From: Methanobacteriota archaeon
Lineage (GTDB): Archaea > Thermoplasmatota > Thermoplasmata > UBA10834
Reading direction: 5' to 3'
Assembly (NCBI GenBank): GCA_020347565.1
Contig: CP070732.1
Location: forward strand, 243,582 to 307,581
Length of the DNA: 64,000 nt
In this document: positions 46,575 to 56,020 of the stretch, in pieces
Position numbering within the stretch: position 1 is the first letter of the stretch
Layout: every line of letters starts with the position of its first letter
Notes under the pieces: generated by a model
What the model was told of the DNA's origin: nothing
Databases searched by the model: none
The model's input: only the letters and a program-made list of their open reading frames with translations
Made by a program: the position numbers and the translations under genes

Positions 46575-48101
46575 CTATCTGTAGCCCATCCTGTCGTCGT
46601 TCTGATGGACATTCCAGTAATGGTATGGCGAGCTCTCCCTCTCGCTCGTGGTCATGTCCTTGGAGACGCCGCCCATGTAGCTGCCGTAGCGCTCCCTGAT
46701 CTGCTCCTCCACAGGGCGCGCCCGGCGAATCGCGTCCCTTATGTGTTTCCCCTCGACGTACTTCGCCTCCTCGACTATCGCTATGTCCCCGGCCGCCCGT
46801 ATGAGGCCTCCGAGCTCGCGCAATCTCAATGTCAACGACTTGTCCCGGCTGTCCACCGCCTTGGCGCGCTTCCTGGCTTCGTGGATGATCAGCTCGACGG
46901 CCTCCCTCGTGGCGTGCGGGATCTTCATGTCCATCGCTATCTCCTGGGCGACGAACTGGGCTATCTTCGACCTGTTCTCGCCGGTGTCGGGCATGACCGT
47001 CTCGAGGAGCACCTCGTACCCGCCCCCGTTTATCCTCGACCTCAGCGGCGACAGGATGTGCGACAGGTCCTGGATGTTGCACGCGCCGACGAAGATGAAA
47101 TCGCACGGCACGCTGTCGACGCGCACGCTCGCGCCAGCGCTCTGCGGGTTGCGCCCCGTGATGGGGAACCGCTTCTCCTGCATGCCCGTGAGTATGAACC
47201 TCTGGAGATGGCCGAGGTGTGGCAGCTCGTCGATGAAGAGGACACCCTGGTGGGCGCTGTGGATCGCTCCCGCGACGACCCTGTCGTACGGCTGCGTGCC
47301 CAGCTGCGGGTGCCCTCCGTACGGGTCGTGGCGGACGTCGCCCAGGAGCTCCGTCTCACTCGCGCCCGTGGCCAGGACGAACGGGTTCCTGTCGATCGGC
47401 ACGATCACCTTCCGCGGGCTCATCCTCTCCAGGTTCCGCCTGTCCTCGAGGGCCTTCTGGTCGAGCACCTTGATCATCTCGCCGGCTCGCTCGAAGACGA
47501 CGACCTCCTCCTTGCCGAAACGCTTCCTGGTGGTCGTCACCCTGTCCCGGCCCGCCATGCCCCCCATCGTGACCTCCACGAGGCCACCCAGGAGATCCCC
47601 GAAGGGGTTGTTGGCCATGCCCTTGCCGTAGGTGGCCTTGGTGTGAGAGCACTTGGGGCAGAATGTCTCCTTCGGCGACGAGTACGTGCCGCAGTTGGCG
47701 CACCTGTATCCCAGCCGCTCGGCGACGTTGACTGGCGATTCCTTCGGGTCGATGAACTCCCCCTCCGCGGATCCCTTCGACTCGGCCTCCTTCTCGACCT
47801 CGCCCCCCGACTTCACCTCGATCATCGGCCTCTCGGGGTTTTCCGGGTTGTGCACGACCCTAATCTCCTCCGTGGGCCGGTGGAGATGAAGGGACAGGGC
47901 CTGAGCTATCATCGATTTCCCAGTCCCAGGCGGTCCGACGAGGAGGAAGTGCCTCCTCTGCGCCGCGGCGATACGCGCGAGCCTGACGGCCTCGTCCTGC
48001 CCCACTACCCGCTCGAGCGGGTCGGAGGATATCTTAATCTCCTCCGTCGTCTCGATCGAATCCAGCATCGCGGCGGTCGTCTCTGGTTCTTCTTCCGTCA
48101 T
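46575..48101 (-). CDS. Lon-related AAA+ ATPase lacking a protease domain, with zinc-ribbon insertion
   Basis: Walker A GPPGTGKSM; a long insertion containing CANCG...CPKCS; Walker B VLFIDELPHL; sensor region GACNIQDL...RSR. No Ser-Lys protease domain follows. Begins 13 nt after dnaG. Confidence 0.55.
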   Translation of the reverse strand: MTEEEPETTAAMLDSIETTEEIKISSDPLERVVGQDEAVRLARIAAAQRRHFLLVGPPGTGKSMIAQALSLHLHRPTEEIRVVHNPENPERPMIEVKSGGEVEKEAESKGSAEGEFIDPKESPVNVAERLGYRCANCGTYSSPKETFCPKCSHTKATYGKGMANNPFGDLLGGLVEVTMGGMAGRDRVTTTRKRFGKEEVVVFERAGEMIKVLDQKALEDRRNLERMSPRKVIVPIDRNPFVLATGASETELLGDVRHDPYGGHPQLGTQPYDRVVAGAIHSAHQGVLFIDELPHLGHLQRFILTGMQEKRFPITGRNPQSAGASVRVDSVPCDFIFVGACNIQDLSHILSPLRSRINGGGYEVLLETVMPDTGENRSKIAQFVAQEIAMDMKIPHATREAVELIIHEARKRAKAVDSRDKSLTLRLRELGGLIRAAGDIAIVEEAKYVEGKHIRDAIRRARPVEEQIRERYGSYMGGVSKDMTTSERESSPYHYWNVHQNDDRMGYR

Positions 48102-48114
48102 GGCCTTCCACGGC

Positions 48115-49383
48115 CTATGTCAGGTCGTCCTTCGTGTAGACCTTGATCTTTGTGGGCAGCTTGGCGACGTTGCCCATCTTGACACCTACGACCGTGGAGA
48201 TATCCTTTTCCACGGCCAAATCGAGGACCCGCTGGGTTATGATGCCATCGAGGACCAGCGACTTCACCCCGGCCTCCTCCCTTTTGAGGGTCTCGGCCAG
48301 GCTGGCCACTTGGACCTCCTTCACGGCCTTGCCGCCGCCGTCCAGTAGCTTCGCCTTCGAAGTTGTGCTGAGTTCGGTCAATAGGCCCTTGAGCATGGTC
48401 AGCTCGGGCGAAAGCTTCTTTGAGCCGCCTCGGTCGTCGTGCTTCCCCCGGTCTTGGCGCCGTCTCCCGCGGTCGTCATCGTGTTTGGGCCTGTCTCCCC
48501 TGTGGTTGCCTCCACGTGCCGTCTTCTCGCCATTCTTCAATCCGCCACCGGATAGATTGAACATTTCTGCAAACTGGTCTGCCGGAATCTTGTTCCTCAG
48601 GCACTTGACTATCTGTTTCTGCGTCAGCTCCTCGACCTCCTGTCCGCCAGGGGCCTTCGCTATGAAGTCTATCTCGCCTACCTGCATCAGCTCCCGAACG
48701 ATGAGTTCGCCCCCTCTGTCGCCGTCCACGAAGGCCGTCACGACTTTCTCCTTGGCTAGGTCGACTATCGTCTTCGGTATGTTCGTGCCCTCCGCCGCGA
48801 TGGCGTTCTTAATGCCGTACTTGAGCAAATTGAGCACGTCCGACCTGCCCTCCACCACTATTATGGCGTCGGAGTCGCCTATGTTCGGCCCTGCGGGAAG
48901 CCGTTCCCTACCGTAGTGAACGACCTCCTCCATCTGGAAGGTCTGACGCACTGAATCCGTCAGGTCGACGCCGCTCGTCTTCGAGGTCTTCATGAGCTCG
49001 GCGAGCAGCTGCTTCGCCCTGTCGACGATCTTGTTGCGCTTGGCGACGCGAACGTCCTCGACTTTCTCGATCGATATCCGGGCCTTGCACGGCCCGACTC
49101 TGTCTATCGTCTCAAGCGATGATGCCAGGATCGCCGTCTCCACCTGGTCAAGGCTCGAAGGCACGTATATCGTGCCCTCCGACTTGCCTTTGTTCGAGGA
49201 GACCTCGACCTCTATTCTCCCTATCCTCCCGCTCTTCTGGAGGTCCCTGAGGTCGAGTTCCTCGCCGAGAAGTCCCTCCGTCTGGCCGAATATGGCCCCG
49301 ACTATGTCCGGCTTCTCGACGATGCCGTCCGTGGAGAGCTTCGCTTGTATCAGGTACTTTGTCGTACTTGGGTCTATGTCCAT
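48115..49383 (-). CDS. dnaG: DNA primase DnaG (archaeal, Toprim)
   Basis: MDIDPSTTKYLIQAKLSTDGIVEKPDIVGAIFGQTEGLLG... is the conserved archaeal DnaG N-terminus; Toprim IIVVEGRSDV...FVDGDRGG. Confidence 0.9.
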   Translation of the reverse strand: MDIDPSTTKYLIQAKLSTDGIVEKPDIVGAIFGQTEGLLGEELDLRDLQKSGRIGRIEVEVSSNKGKSEGTIYVPSSLDQVETAILASSLETIDRVGPCKARISIEKVEDVRVAKRNKIVDRAKQLLAELMKTSKTSGVDLTDSVRQTFQMEEVVHYGRERLPAGPNIGDSDAIIVVEGRSDVLNLLKYGIKNAIAAEGTNIPKTIVDLAKEKVVTAFVDGDRGGELIVRELMQVGEIDFIAKAPGGQEVEELTQKQIVKCLRNKIPADQFAEMFNLSGGGLKNGEKTARGGNHRGDRPKHDDDRGRRRQDRGKHDDRGGSKKLSPELTMLKGLLTELSTTSKAKLLDGGGKAVKEVQVASLAETLKREEAGVKSLVLDGIITQRVLDLAVEKDISTVVGVKMGNVAKLPTKIKVYTKDDLT

Positions 49384-49669
49384 TGGTTTCGCCTCTGTTG
49401 TGAAAAACAGCCCTACAACCGCTATCTGGCTGGCTGTCCGTTCGGACCGACTATCGTCACTGCGAGCTGGAAAGCGGTTTCCTGACGAACGTCCCGCACC
49501 GGGTCATGCTGGCCTTCGCCAGCGAGGACCGCTCGCGGATGACATTGATCGTGATGGTGCCTCTACAGGCACATACGCGCTGTTCTTCAGAGAATACTAT
49601 CACGCGCTCTGATAAATAGTTTTGCATCGTGTTGATAAAATTACGCCCGACGAGTGCCAGTACCGCCGA

Positions 49670-49897
49670 CTAGCCGCCCGATACGACGGATATGAGCCTT
49701 ACCTCGCAGTCCTCCTCGAGGGCGTGATCTATAGGCACCGGCTCTCCGTCGATGACGGCTATCCATCCGTCCGGCAGCAGGCCGAGGCTCCTCATCAGTC
49801 CCTCCACCGTCTCCCCTACATCCAGCTCGACGACCTTCGTCTCCCTGCGCGCGGGAAGGAGTTGCGCCACGATCTTCGTCCGCTCACCCGTCTGCAC
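49670..49897 (-). CDS. ubiquitin-like small archaeal modifier/sulfur-carrier protein (MoaD/ThiS/SAMP fold, C-terminal GG)
   Basis: Ends ...EVRLISVVSGG-stop. Beta-grasp-like KVVELDVGETVEGLMRSLG...IAVIDGEPV. GTG start at 49897 is ~25 nt downstream of rc-TATA atctatatga; the track ORF starts further upstream at 49984. Confidence 0.5.
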   Translation of the reverse strand: MQTGERTKIVAQLLPARRETKVVELDVGETVEGLMRSLGLLPDGWIAVIDGEPVPIDHALEEDCEVRLISVVSGG

Positions 49898-50040
49898 GGA
49901 AGGCGTATCATATAGATGACGCTTTGCCGGCGCGCACGCCCGCGTGCAGACGCGTGCAAACCATTGAAGTCCTGGCAGATGCATCTACGATTGAAAACGC
50001 CATATAGTGGGCCGAACATGCATGGACGCCGGCAAAGACT

Positions 50041-50127
50041 GCCGAGGTAGCTAAGCCCGGTTTAAGGCGGTAGCCTCGAGAGCTACTGGTGCTTGTCACC
50101 ACGGGAGTTCAAATCTCCCCCTCGGCG
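50041..50127 (+). tRNA. tRNA-Ser (anticodon CGA), class II with long variable arm
   Basis: Acceptor GCCGAGG/CCTCGGC; anticodon stem GTAGC/GCTAC with loop CTCGAGA (anticodon CGA); variable arm TGGTG...CACCA; T-arm GGGAG-TTCAAAT-CTCCC; discriminator G followed by genomic CC. TATA catatag is ~35 nt upstream. Confidence 0.7.
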
Positions 50128-50172
50128 CCTGCACCGCAAAGACGGAGGACACATCGGAACTCGGCGAGGGAC

Positions 50173-51327
50173 ATGACGCGCTCGAAGGAGATCGTTGCAT
50201 ATTCGGCGTCCTTCACCGGACCTGTGGCAGGCAACGCCTTCCTCGCGATGATAGTCGTGCTCGAGGCGGAATGGAACGCGTCGACGGAGGCGGTGCTCCT
50301 CGCCATCCCCGCGTTCATGCTACCGTTCGCCATTATCCAGCTGTTTTCTGGGGCGGTGTCGAACGCATATGACCGCCGTCTCACCTTGAGCGTCGGCTTG
50401 CTCGTGTACATCGTCGGCTCCGTCGCCGCGGCTGCGTCCCCGTCGCTCGAGGTGTTCCTGGGCACGCGCGTCGTCCAGGGCGTCGGCTACGCCTTCGTCT
50501 CGCCGGTCCTCGTGCCCATCGTTTCAGACATCGCCGGGAAGGACCGTCAGGGACTTGCGATGGGGTACCTCGGCAGCACCAGCACCGCAGGGGTCACGTT
50601 GGGGCCATTGCTGGGCGGACTCTTCGCGGAGGTCAACTGGCGGTTGGCGTTCGTGGCGATCGCCCTCATGGCGTCGGCCGTGCTCGCGGCCGTCCTCATA
50701 GTCTTCCGCGGCGAGTCGGGACAGGGTGCGCAGCATGGACGGCCCGGTTCCTTGGGCCAGCTACGCCTGACGCTCAAGAACAGGGACGTCATGCTGCTCT
50801 CTCTCGGGGGCTTCGTCGGCTTCGCCTCGTTCATAGGCGTCGTCTCGTACCTCTCGCCCTACCTCGGCTCACAGGGCTTCAGCACTGGCGAGATAGGCTT
50901 CGCGCTGATGTTCTCCGGACTCTCGGGCGTGTTCCTCTCGCCTGTCGCGGGCAAGCTGGTCGATCGCAAGGGGGCCAGGTGCTGCGCCGTGTTGGGCTTC
51001 GCCATCGCCGCATTCGCGGCGTTTGCGATGCAGTTTGCAGATGATTACGCGGCCTATGTCGCGTTGCTGGCGGTCCTGGGTCTCGGCTCGAGCTTCATCT
51101 GGTCCGCGATGCTCACGATGCTCATGAGGGCATATCCTACGATGAAGGACTCCCTCTCCGCCGTCTTCAACTCGGCACGGTTCTCGGGATACGCGGCTTC
51201 GCCCGTTCTGCTCGCGCCCGTGTTCAGCTCCGCTGGCTTCGAAGGCGTGGTGACCGTGTGCGCGGTCGCGAACGTGGCGTGCGTACTCGTCATCCTTACG
51301 ACTCGCAGGTCGCTGGACCGAGGATAG
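50173..51327 (+). CDS. MFS transporter
   Basis: 12 predicted TM helices and MFS loop motifs. Start moved to ATG 50173 because the track ORF start (50089) lies inside the tRNA-Ser gene. Confidence 0.75.
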   Translation: MTRSKEIVAYSASFTGPVAGNAFLAMIVVLEAEWNASTEAVLLAIPAFMLPFAIIQLFSGAVSNAYDRRLTLSVGLLVYIVGSVAAAASPSLEVFLGTRVVQGVGYAFVSPVLVPIVSDIAGKDRQGLAMGYLGSTSTAGVTLGPLLGGLFAEVNWRLAFVAIALMASAVLAAVLIVFRGESGQGAQHGRPGSLGQLRLTLKNRDVMLLSLGGFVGFASFIGVVSYLSPYLGSQGFSTGEIGFALMFSGLSGVFLSPVAGKLVDRKGARCCAVLGFAIAAFAAFAMQFADDYAAYVALLAVLGLGSSFIWSAMLTMLMRAYPTMKDSLSAVFNSARFSGYAASPVLLAPVFSSAGFEGVVTVCAVANVACVLVILTTRRSLDRG

Positions 51328-51361
51328 GGATTTATTACGGCCCAGCTTATTCACAGTCGAT

Positions 51362-52589
51362 CATGAAGCACAGGAAGATCCTGATGGTCGTCTGCGACGG
51401 CGTTTCAGACAGGCCTGTCAAGGAGCACGATGGCAAGACGCCGCTCCAGGTCGCCCGGAAGCCGGCGATGGACGCCGTCGCGCGGAACGGCGTGTCGGGC
51501 ACGATGGACGTGATCGCACCAGGCGTGGTGCCAGGCAGCGACACCGCCCATCTCGCACTCTTCGGATACGACCCGTACAGGGTCTACACGGGCCGTGGCC
51601 CCATCGAGGCGGCCGGGGCCGGCATCGCCCTTCACAAGGGCGACGTCGCGTTCCGATGCAATTTCGCGCATGTGAACGACTCGATGAAGGTCTTGGACCG
51701 CAGGGCCGGAAGGATCCGTTCGGGCACGGCGGCGCTCGCCCAGGCGCTGACAGGGATGATGCTGGGCGATGTGGAGGTGATTTTCAAGGAGGGCTCTGAG
51801 CATCGCGCGGTCCTCGTTCTCCGCGGCCCTGGACTCGACCATCGCGTGTCCGAGGTCGACCCACACTCGGAATCAGCTGTGCTGGAAGCGAGGGCGCTCT
51901 CGTCGGAGGCTGAGAAGACGGCGCGTGTGCTGAACGAATTCGTCAGGAGGTCCAACGAGGTGCTCTCGGCGCACCAGGTGAACACGGAAAGGGCCGCGGA
52001 GGGCTTGCCCTCGGCGAACATCGTGCTGCCTCGAGGTGCGGGGAGCGTGAGCGAATTGACCACGCTTTCGGAGCGCGACGGTATCAGGTGCGCCGGCGTC
52101 GCGGGCGTCACGCTGGTGAAGGGGCTCTGCCGGCTCGTGGGCATGGAGACGCCGGATGTCAGAGGCGCGACGGGCGGCCTCGACACGGACTACGGTGCCA
52201 AGGCGGAGGCCGCCCTGCGCCTCCTGGACAGGAACGACCTGGTGTTCGTGAACGTGAAGGCACCGGACATCGCTGGCCATGATGGAGACTTCAGGCTCAA
52301 GGTACAGGTCATCGAAAACATCGATGCGATGCTGGGAACAATGCTCAAGGACGTGCACGAGGAGGTGCTCGTTGTGTTGACGGCGGACCACTCCACGCCT
52401 GTCAGCGTAAGGGACCACAGCGCCGACCCTGTGCCCGTGTCGATATCCGGCTCCGACTCGCGCGTGGACGAAGTGCGCCTCTACGACGAGATGTCGGCGG
52501 CATCAGGCGCGCTGGGCAGAATGAGGGGGATGGACCTCATGCCCATCGTGCTTGGAATGGCAAACAGGTCCAGCAAGTTTGGCGCTTGA
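51362..52589 (+). CDS. apgM: 2,3-bisphosphoglycerate-independent phosphoglycerate mutase, archaeal type
   Basis: KILMVVCDGVSDRP, VAFRCNFA, metal-ligand motifs of the archaeal iPGM family; start set at ATG 51362 (MKHRKILMVV). Confidence 0.85.
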
Positions 52590-52594
52590 AGACG

Positions 52595-52894
52595 CTACGA
52601 CGGCGAGAGCTCCTCGTCTATCCTGTCCTTGTGTACGTGCCCGATGACTCTGACATCCGCATTCCTCACGCCGTCAAGGGCCATCAGCCTTCTCTTGATG
52701 TTCAGCGCGAAATGGACCCCGAGGGGACACCACCTGGAAGTCGGCCTGAAGGTGAGGCTGACGGAATCGTCAGTCGTCACGATGTCCGATATGAGTCCCA
52801 TGTCATAGATGTTCATGTCCGTGTGGGGGTCGATGATCTCTCTGAGAACAGTCACGACGTCATCTTCTGTCGGCATAGTCTGCATCCCTTCCAT
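52595..52894 (-). CDS. DUF59/MIP18-family Fe-S cluster assembly protein
   Basis: VLREIIDPHTDMNIYDMGLI...RPTSRWCPLG is the DUF59 signature. Confidence 0.6.
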   Translation of the reverse strand: MEGMQTMPTEDDVVTVLREIIDPHTDMNIYDMGLISDIVTTDDSVSLTFRPTSRWCPLGVHFALNIKRRLMALDGVRNADVRVIGHVHKDRIDEELSPS

Positions 52895-53015
52895 GGAGTT
52901 ATCTTGGTTGTTCTGCGGCTGTATTACTGACTACCAACCCACTAGTTTAACTTGTTGTCTTTGTGGTTCGGGTGAGCGGATATTCGCTCGTGTCTGGAAC
53001 GCTGTGGACCCTGCC

Positions 53016-53744
53016 TCAAACGCTCCTCCTCTGCTTCTTGAAGTAGTCTAGCACTATCTTGCGCTGGCCCTTCCTGAGTATCTCTGAAAGCGTGGACGGC
53101 GATACGTCGAACATCCGGGCGAGTTCGCGGAGGCTTATCCTCTTCGGATAGTCAAAGTAGCCTCTCTCGAACGCAACCTGTGTGATCTTGTCCTGTCGTT
53201 CAGTCAGCGACTCCTTGTCGTCGATCTTCGTGAGCTTGATGAGTTCGGCCTCCACGCTCTTGGACTTCAAGTCGTCGAATATCTCCTTCAGCACCTGCTT
53301 CTCGCTGAGTATGAGCGTCCATTCGACCTTGCCGCCGTCCTTCGATTGAGCTGATATGAGGAAGACATCCGAATCGGTCAGAATCCTGCATATCTCGCAC
53401 CGCGTCGTCGTCACGGCGCTGATCACCTTCCCCCTCTCCGTCGTGGTTGTGTCCATGTCGGCGACCAGCGGGTTGGCCCTCACCGCTTTGAGGACATCCT
53501 CCATCACGTCGGAGGTTGCGGATATCTCGACGAGGTCCTTCACACCCTTCTCGGCATAGGGCACCCTGTCTATGACTCTGATTTCCACAGGGAACTTAGC
53601 CGACACCTCGCTTATCCAGTTCTCAGGCTCTCGGAGCGAGACTATTGCCTCCATCATTTCTGTCGATACCCCTCTCCAGCTATCTTGCGATTGCCGCAAG
53701 TAGTGCAGGGCATACGGCGTATATGTATCTTGACACAGGTCCAT
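53016..53744 (-). CDS. HTH_10 (bacterio-opsin-activator-type) transcriptional regulator
   Basis: C-terminal TERQDKITQVAFERGYFDYPKRISLRELARMFDVSPSTLSEILRKGQRKIV is a Bat-type HTH; an alternative start at the MMEAIV Met pair (~53654) would shorten the N-terminus. Confidence 0.6.
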   Translation of the reverse strand: MDLCQDTYTPYALHYLRQSQDSWRGVSTEMMEAIVSLREPENWISEVSAKFPVEIRVIDRVPYAEKGVKDLVEISATSDVMEDVLKAVRANPLVADMDTTTTERGKVISAVTTTRCEICRILTDSDVFLISAQSKDGGKVEWTLILSEKQVLKEIFDDLKSKSVEAELIKLTKIDDKESLTERQDKITQVAFERGYFDYPKRISLRELARMFDVSPSTLSEILRKGQRKIVLDYFKKQRRSV

Positions 53745-53815
53745 CCATCCCTCAGCGGCATTTTCGCCCTGCCATCCGAGCTTATTATCTATGCCGTCCT
53801 CGTTTGCGATGTGGG

Positions 53816-55129
53816 ATGGATCTAACGGCCCTCAACCAGTCAGCCGCAATGGTCGACACCCCTGAGATGTTCGACGAAGTGCTCTCAGGCGACAACATCA
53901 GGATGAAGTCTTCAAGGTGTGTCTACTGCAAGGGCGCGAAGATGCTGTGTGGAAAGAGCCGGTGCAGCGTTCTAGCCAGGTACATGTCGACCGGCTGGAT
54001 GCGGTCCCAGACCGACAAGCTCTCGTTGGACGGCAACTCCCCCCCGAGCGTCTTCGTTGGCAGGATGGGATATCCAAAGGTCGCTATCGGGCCGATGATA
54101 CCCCCGTATCACGGCGACACATCCCTCCTCGACACGCCGGAGCGGTGGGCCGGCCTGTCAATAGACGACATAATCGACTTCAGATCGAGCCTCGTGCGAG
54201 GGATGCACTGGGCCCGTGTGACGGATGTGGACAGCGGGGACAGACTGGTCTCCAGGACGAGGGAGCTGGCCCTCGCGCAGGTCCCGCCCGATGTGGATGC
54301 GGAGTTCAGGAAGAAGCCCGTGGGCCGGCTGACGGTCGACGACGACGTCCAGCCGTTCGGGCCGTCCGCACCTCTGGAGAGATTCGACATCTCCAACTGT
54401 AGATTCGACAGGAGGCTGGAGAAGGCGTTCCACGATGTGGACCTTCTTGCACGTGATGCGATAGTGTCGCTCTACGACAGCGGCACCCTCGTCTCACAGA
54501 TACAGAGGGCCTTCAGCGTCGGCGCGTTCGGGGTGGGCAAACGGAGGCGCTTCGTGCCTACAAGATGGAGCATCACGGCGGTGGACAGCCAGCTCGGACT
54601 GCACATGCTCCAGACGACGAAGACCAGGCCGATCATAGACGAGTTCAGGGTTTACGAGACCGTCAGCCTGGACAACAGATGGGCTGTGCTCATGATGCCG
54701 ACATCCTGGAGGTACGAGCTGATCGAGGCATGGTATCCCAAGACCGTTTGGAACCCGTACAACGACAGGATCGCCATCATGTCTGACCACGAGTTCTATG
54801 ACGGCAGGAAGACGTATGCTAGCATAGGCGGGTGCTACTACGCCGCCAGGCTCGCGGTCAACGAGCTGCTCACGAGGGAACGCCGCCAGGCGGGGGTCTG
54901 CATAATGCGCGAGGCGCACCCGGGCTACATACTCCCCGTCGGGGTCTGGAACGTGAGGGAGAACGTGAGAACCGCCCTGAGCAACAGGCCGAAGAGGTTC
55001 TCCACGCTCACGGATGCACTCACCCATGTGTCGACGATGATGGACATCCCGGTGTCGAGGTGGATCCGGAGCAGTGCTGTGCTGAAGGATGCCCTCTATC
55101 AGAGACGCATAGACGAGTTCGTCGGGTGA
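53816..55129 (+). CDS. hypothetical protein, possibly archaeal Nre-family (DUF650/DUF651) DNA repair protein
   Basis: N-terminal Cys cluster CVYCKGAKMLCGKSRC and overall size recall NreA/NreB; assignment is from memory of family features, not a computed match. Confidence 0.35.
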   Translation: MDLTALNQSAAMVDTPEMFDEVLSGDNIRMKSSRCVYCKGAKMLCGKSRCSVLARYMSTGWMRSQTDKLSLDGNSPPSVFVGRMGYPKVAIGPMIPPYHGDTSLLDTPERWAGLSIDDIIDFRSSLVRGMHWARVTDVDSGDRLVSRTRELALAQVPPDVDAEFRKKPVGRLTVDDDVQPFGPSAPLERFDISNCRFDRRLEKAFHDVDLLARDAIVSLYDSGTLVSQIQRAFSVGAFGVGKRRRFVPTRWSITAVDSQLGLHMLQTTKTRPIIDEFRVYETVSLDNRWAVLMMPTSWRYELIEAWYPKTVWNPYNDRIAIMSDHEFYDGRKTYASIGGCYYAARLAVNELLTRERRQAGVCIMREAHPGYILPVGVWNVRENVRTALSNRPKRFSTLTDALTHVSTMMDIPVSRWIRSSAVLKDALYQRRIDEFVG

Positions 55130-55932
55130 TCCAGTTGGAGGTTCGACACGTCGAGTGTTCCGTCGCGGCCCCCCCGTCCAGGCTTCCCGGGCTGGATCGC
55201 GCGGTCAACCCGTATCGGGGCTGCGCCCACTCATGCGCCTACTGCTACGCCCAGGACGTCACGAGGTTCGAGACCGACAGGCCGTGGGGAGATGTGGTGG
55301 AGGCGAAGGTCAACATCGCGCGGAGGCTGAAGCACGAGCTATCGCGGGACGCGAAGGGGGTCTACGGCATAGGGACGGTGACGGACCCGTATCAGCCACT
55401 GGAGGAGAAGCTGGAGCTGACGAGAAGCTGTCTCGCGCTCCTGAGACGGTTCGGTGCGCGCGCGAGCGTCCTCACTAAGTCGGACCTCGTACTGCGCGAC
55501 ATCGACCTGATGCGCGATTGGCCTGGTGTCGAGGTCGGGATGAGCATCGCATGTGCGGACGACGCAACGGCCGCCGTCGTGGAGCCGCATGCGCCGCCGC
55601 CGACCAACCGGTTCGGCGCGCTGGCGCGGCTGTCGGCCGCTGGTGTCGACGTCTACCTGATGGCTGCTCCGATCATCCCTTCGCTGTCCGGCTCGCGGGA
55701 CCAGCTCGAGAGTCTCGTGGATGCGGCGCACGGATCCGGCGTGAGGCGTATCATATGGGACATGTGGAGCCCGAAGCCCATCGCGAGCCTCCGCCTCCGA
55801 GAGGCGCTCGATGGCGTCGTCGCCGAGCTCGCCGAGCTCGCCGGGTCGTCGCGCGGAGCCCGTTCGTCTGCCGAAGCCGTCCTCGCAAGCGTGTGCTCCG
55901 ACAGGGGTATCCAGCTCGTCTCGGCGTTCTGA
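55126..55932 (+). CDS. radical SAM protein, SplB-like (spore-photoproduct-lyase / 'DNA repair photolyase' COG1533 family)
   Basis: [10 protein letters not shown] CxxxCxxC cluster motif near the N-terminus. GTG start overlaps the upstream stop (GTGA). Confidence 0.6.
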   Translation: MIQLEVRHVECSVAAPPSRLPGLDRAVNPYRGCAHSCAYCYAQDVTRFETDRPWGDVVEAKVNIARRLKHELSRDAKGVYGIGTVTDPYQPLEEKLELTRSCLALLRRFGARASVLTKSDLVLRDIDLMRDWPGVEVGMSIACADDATAAVVEPHAPPPTNRFGALARLSAAGVDVYLMAAPIIPSLSGSRDQLESLVDAAHGSGVRRIIWDMWSPKPIASLRLREALDGVVAELAELAGSSRGARSSAEAVLASVCSDRGIQLVSAF

Positions 55933-56020
55933 GGGTCTGCGGCCGAAGGCCGCCTCTGGCCGCATGCGCATATCTTATATAGAAGTTCAATCATACTCGA
56001 CGAACTGGAGGCAAGACTGT

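Noticed and set aside
50089-50172. ORF-track start of the MFS transporter.
   Set aside because: It lies inside the tRNA-Ser(CGA) gene. The first ATG after the tRNA (50173) gives a normal MFS N-terminus.
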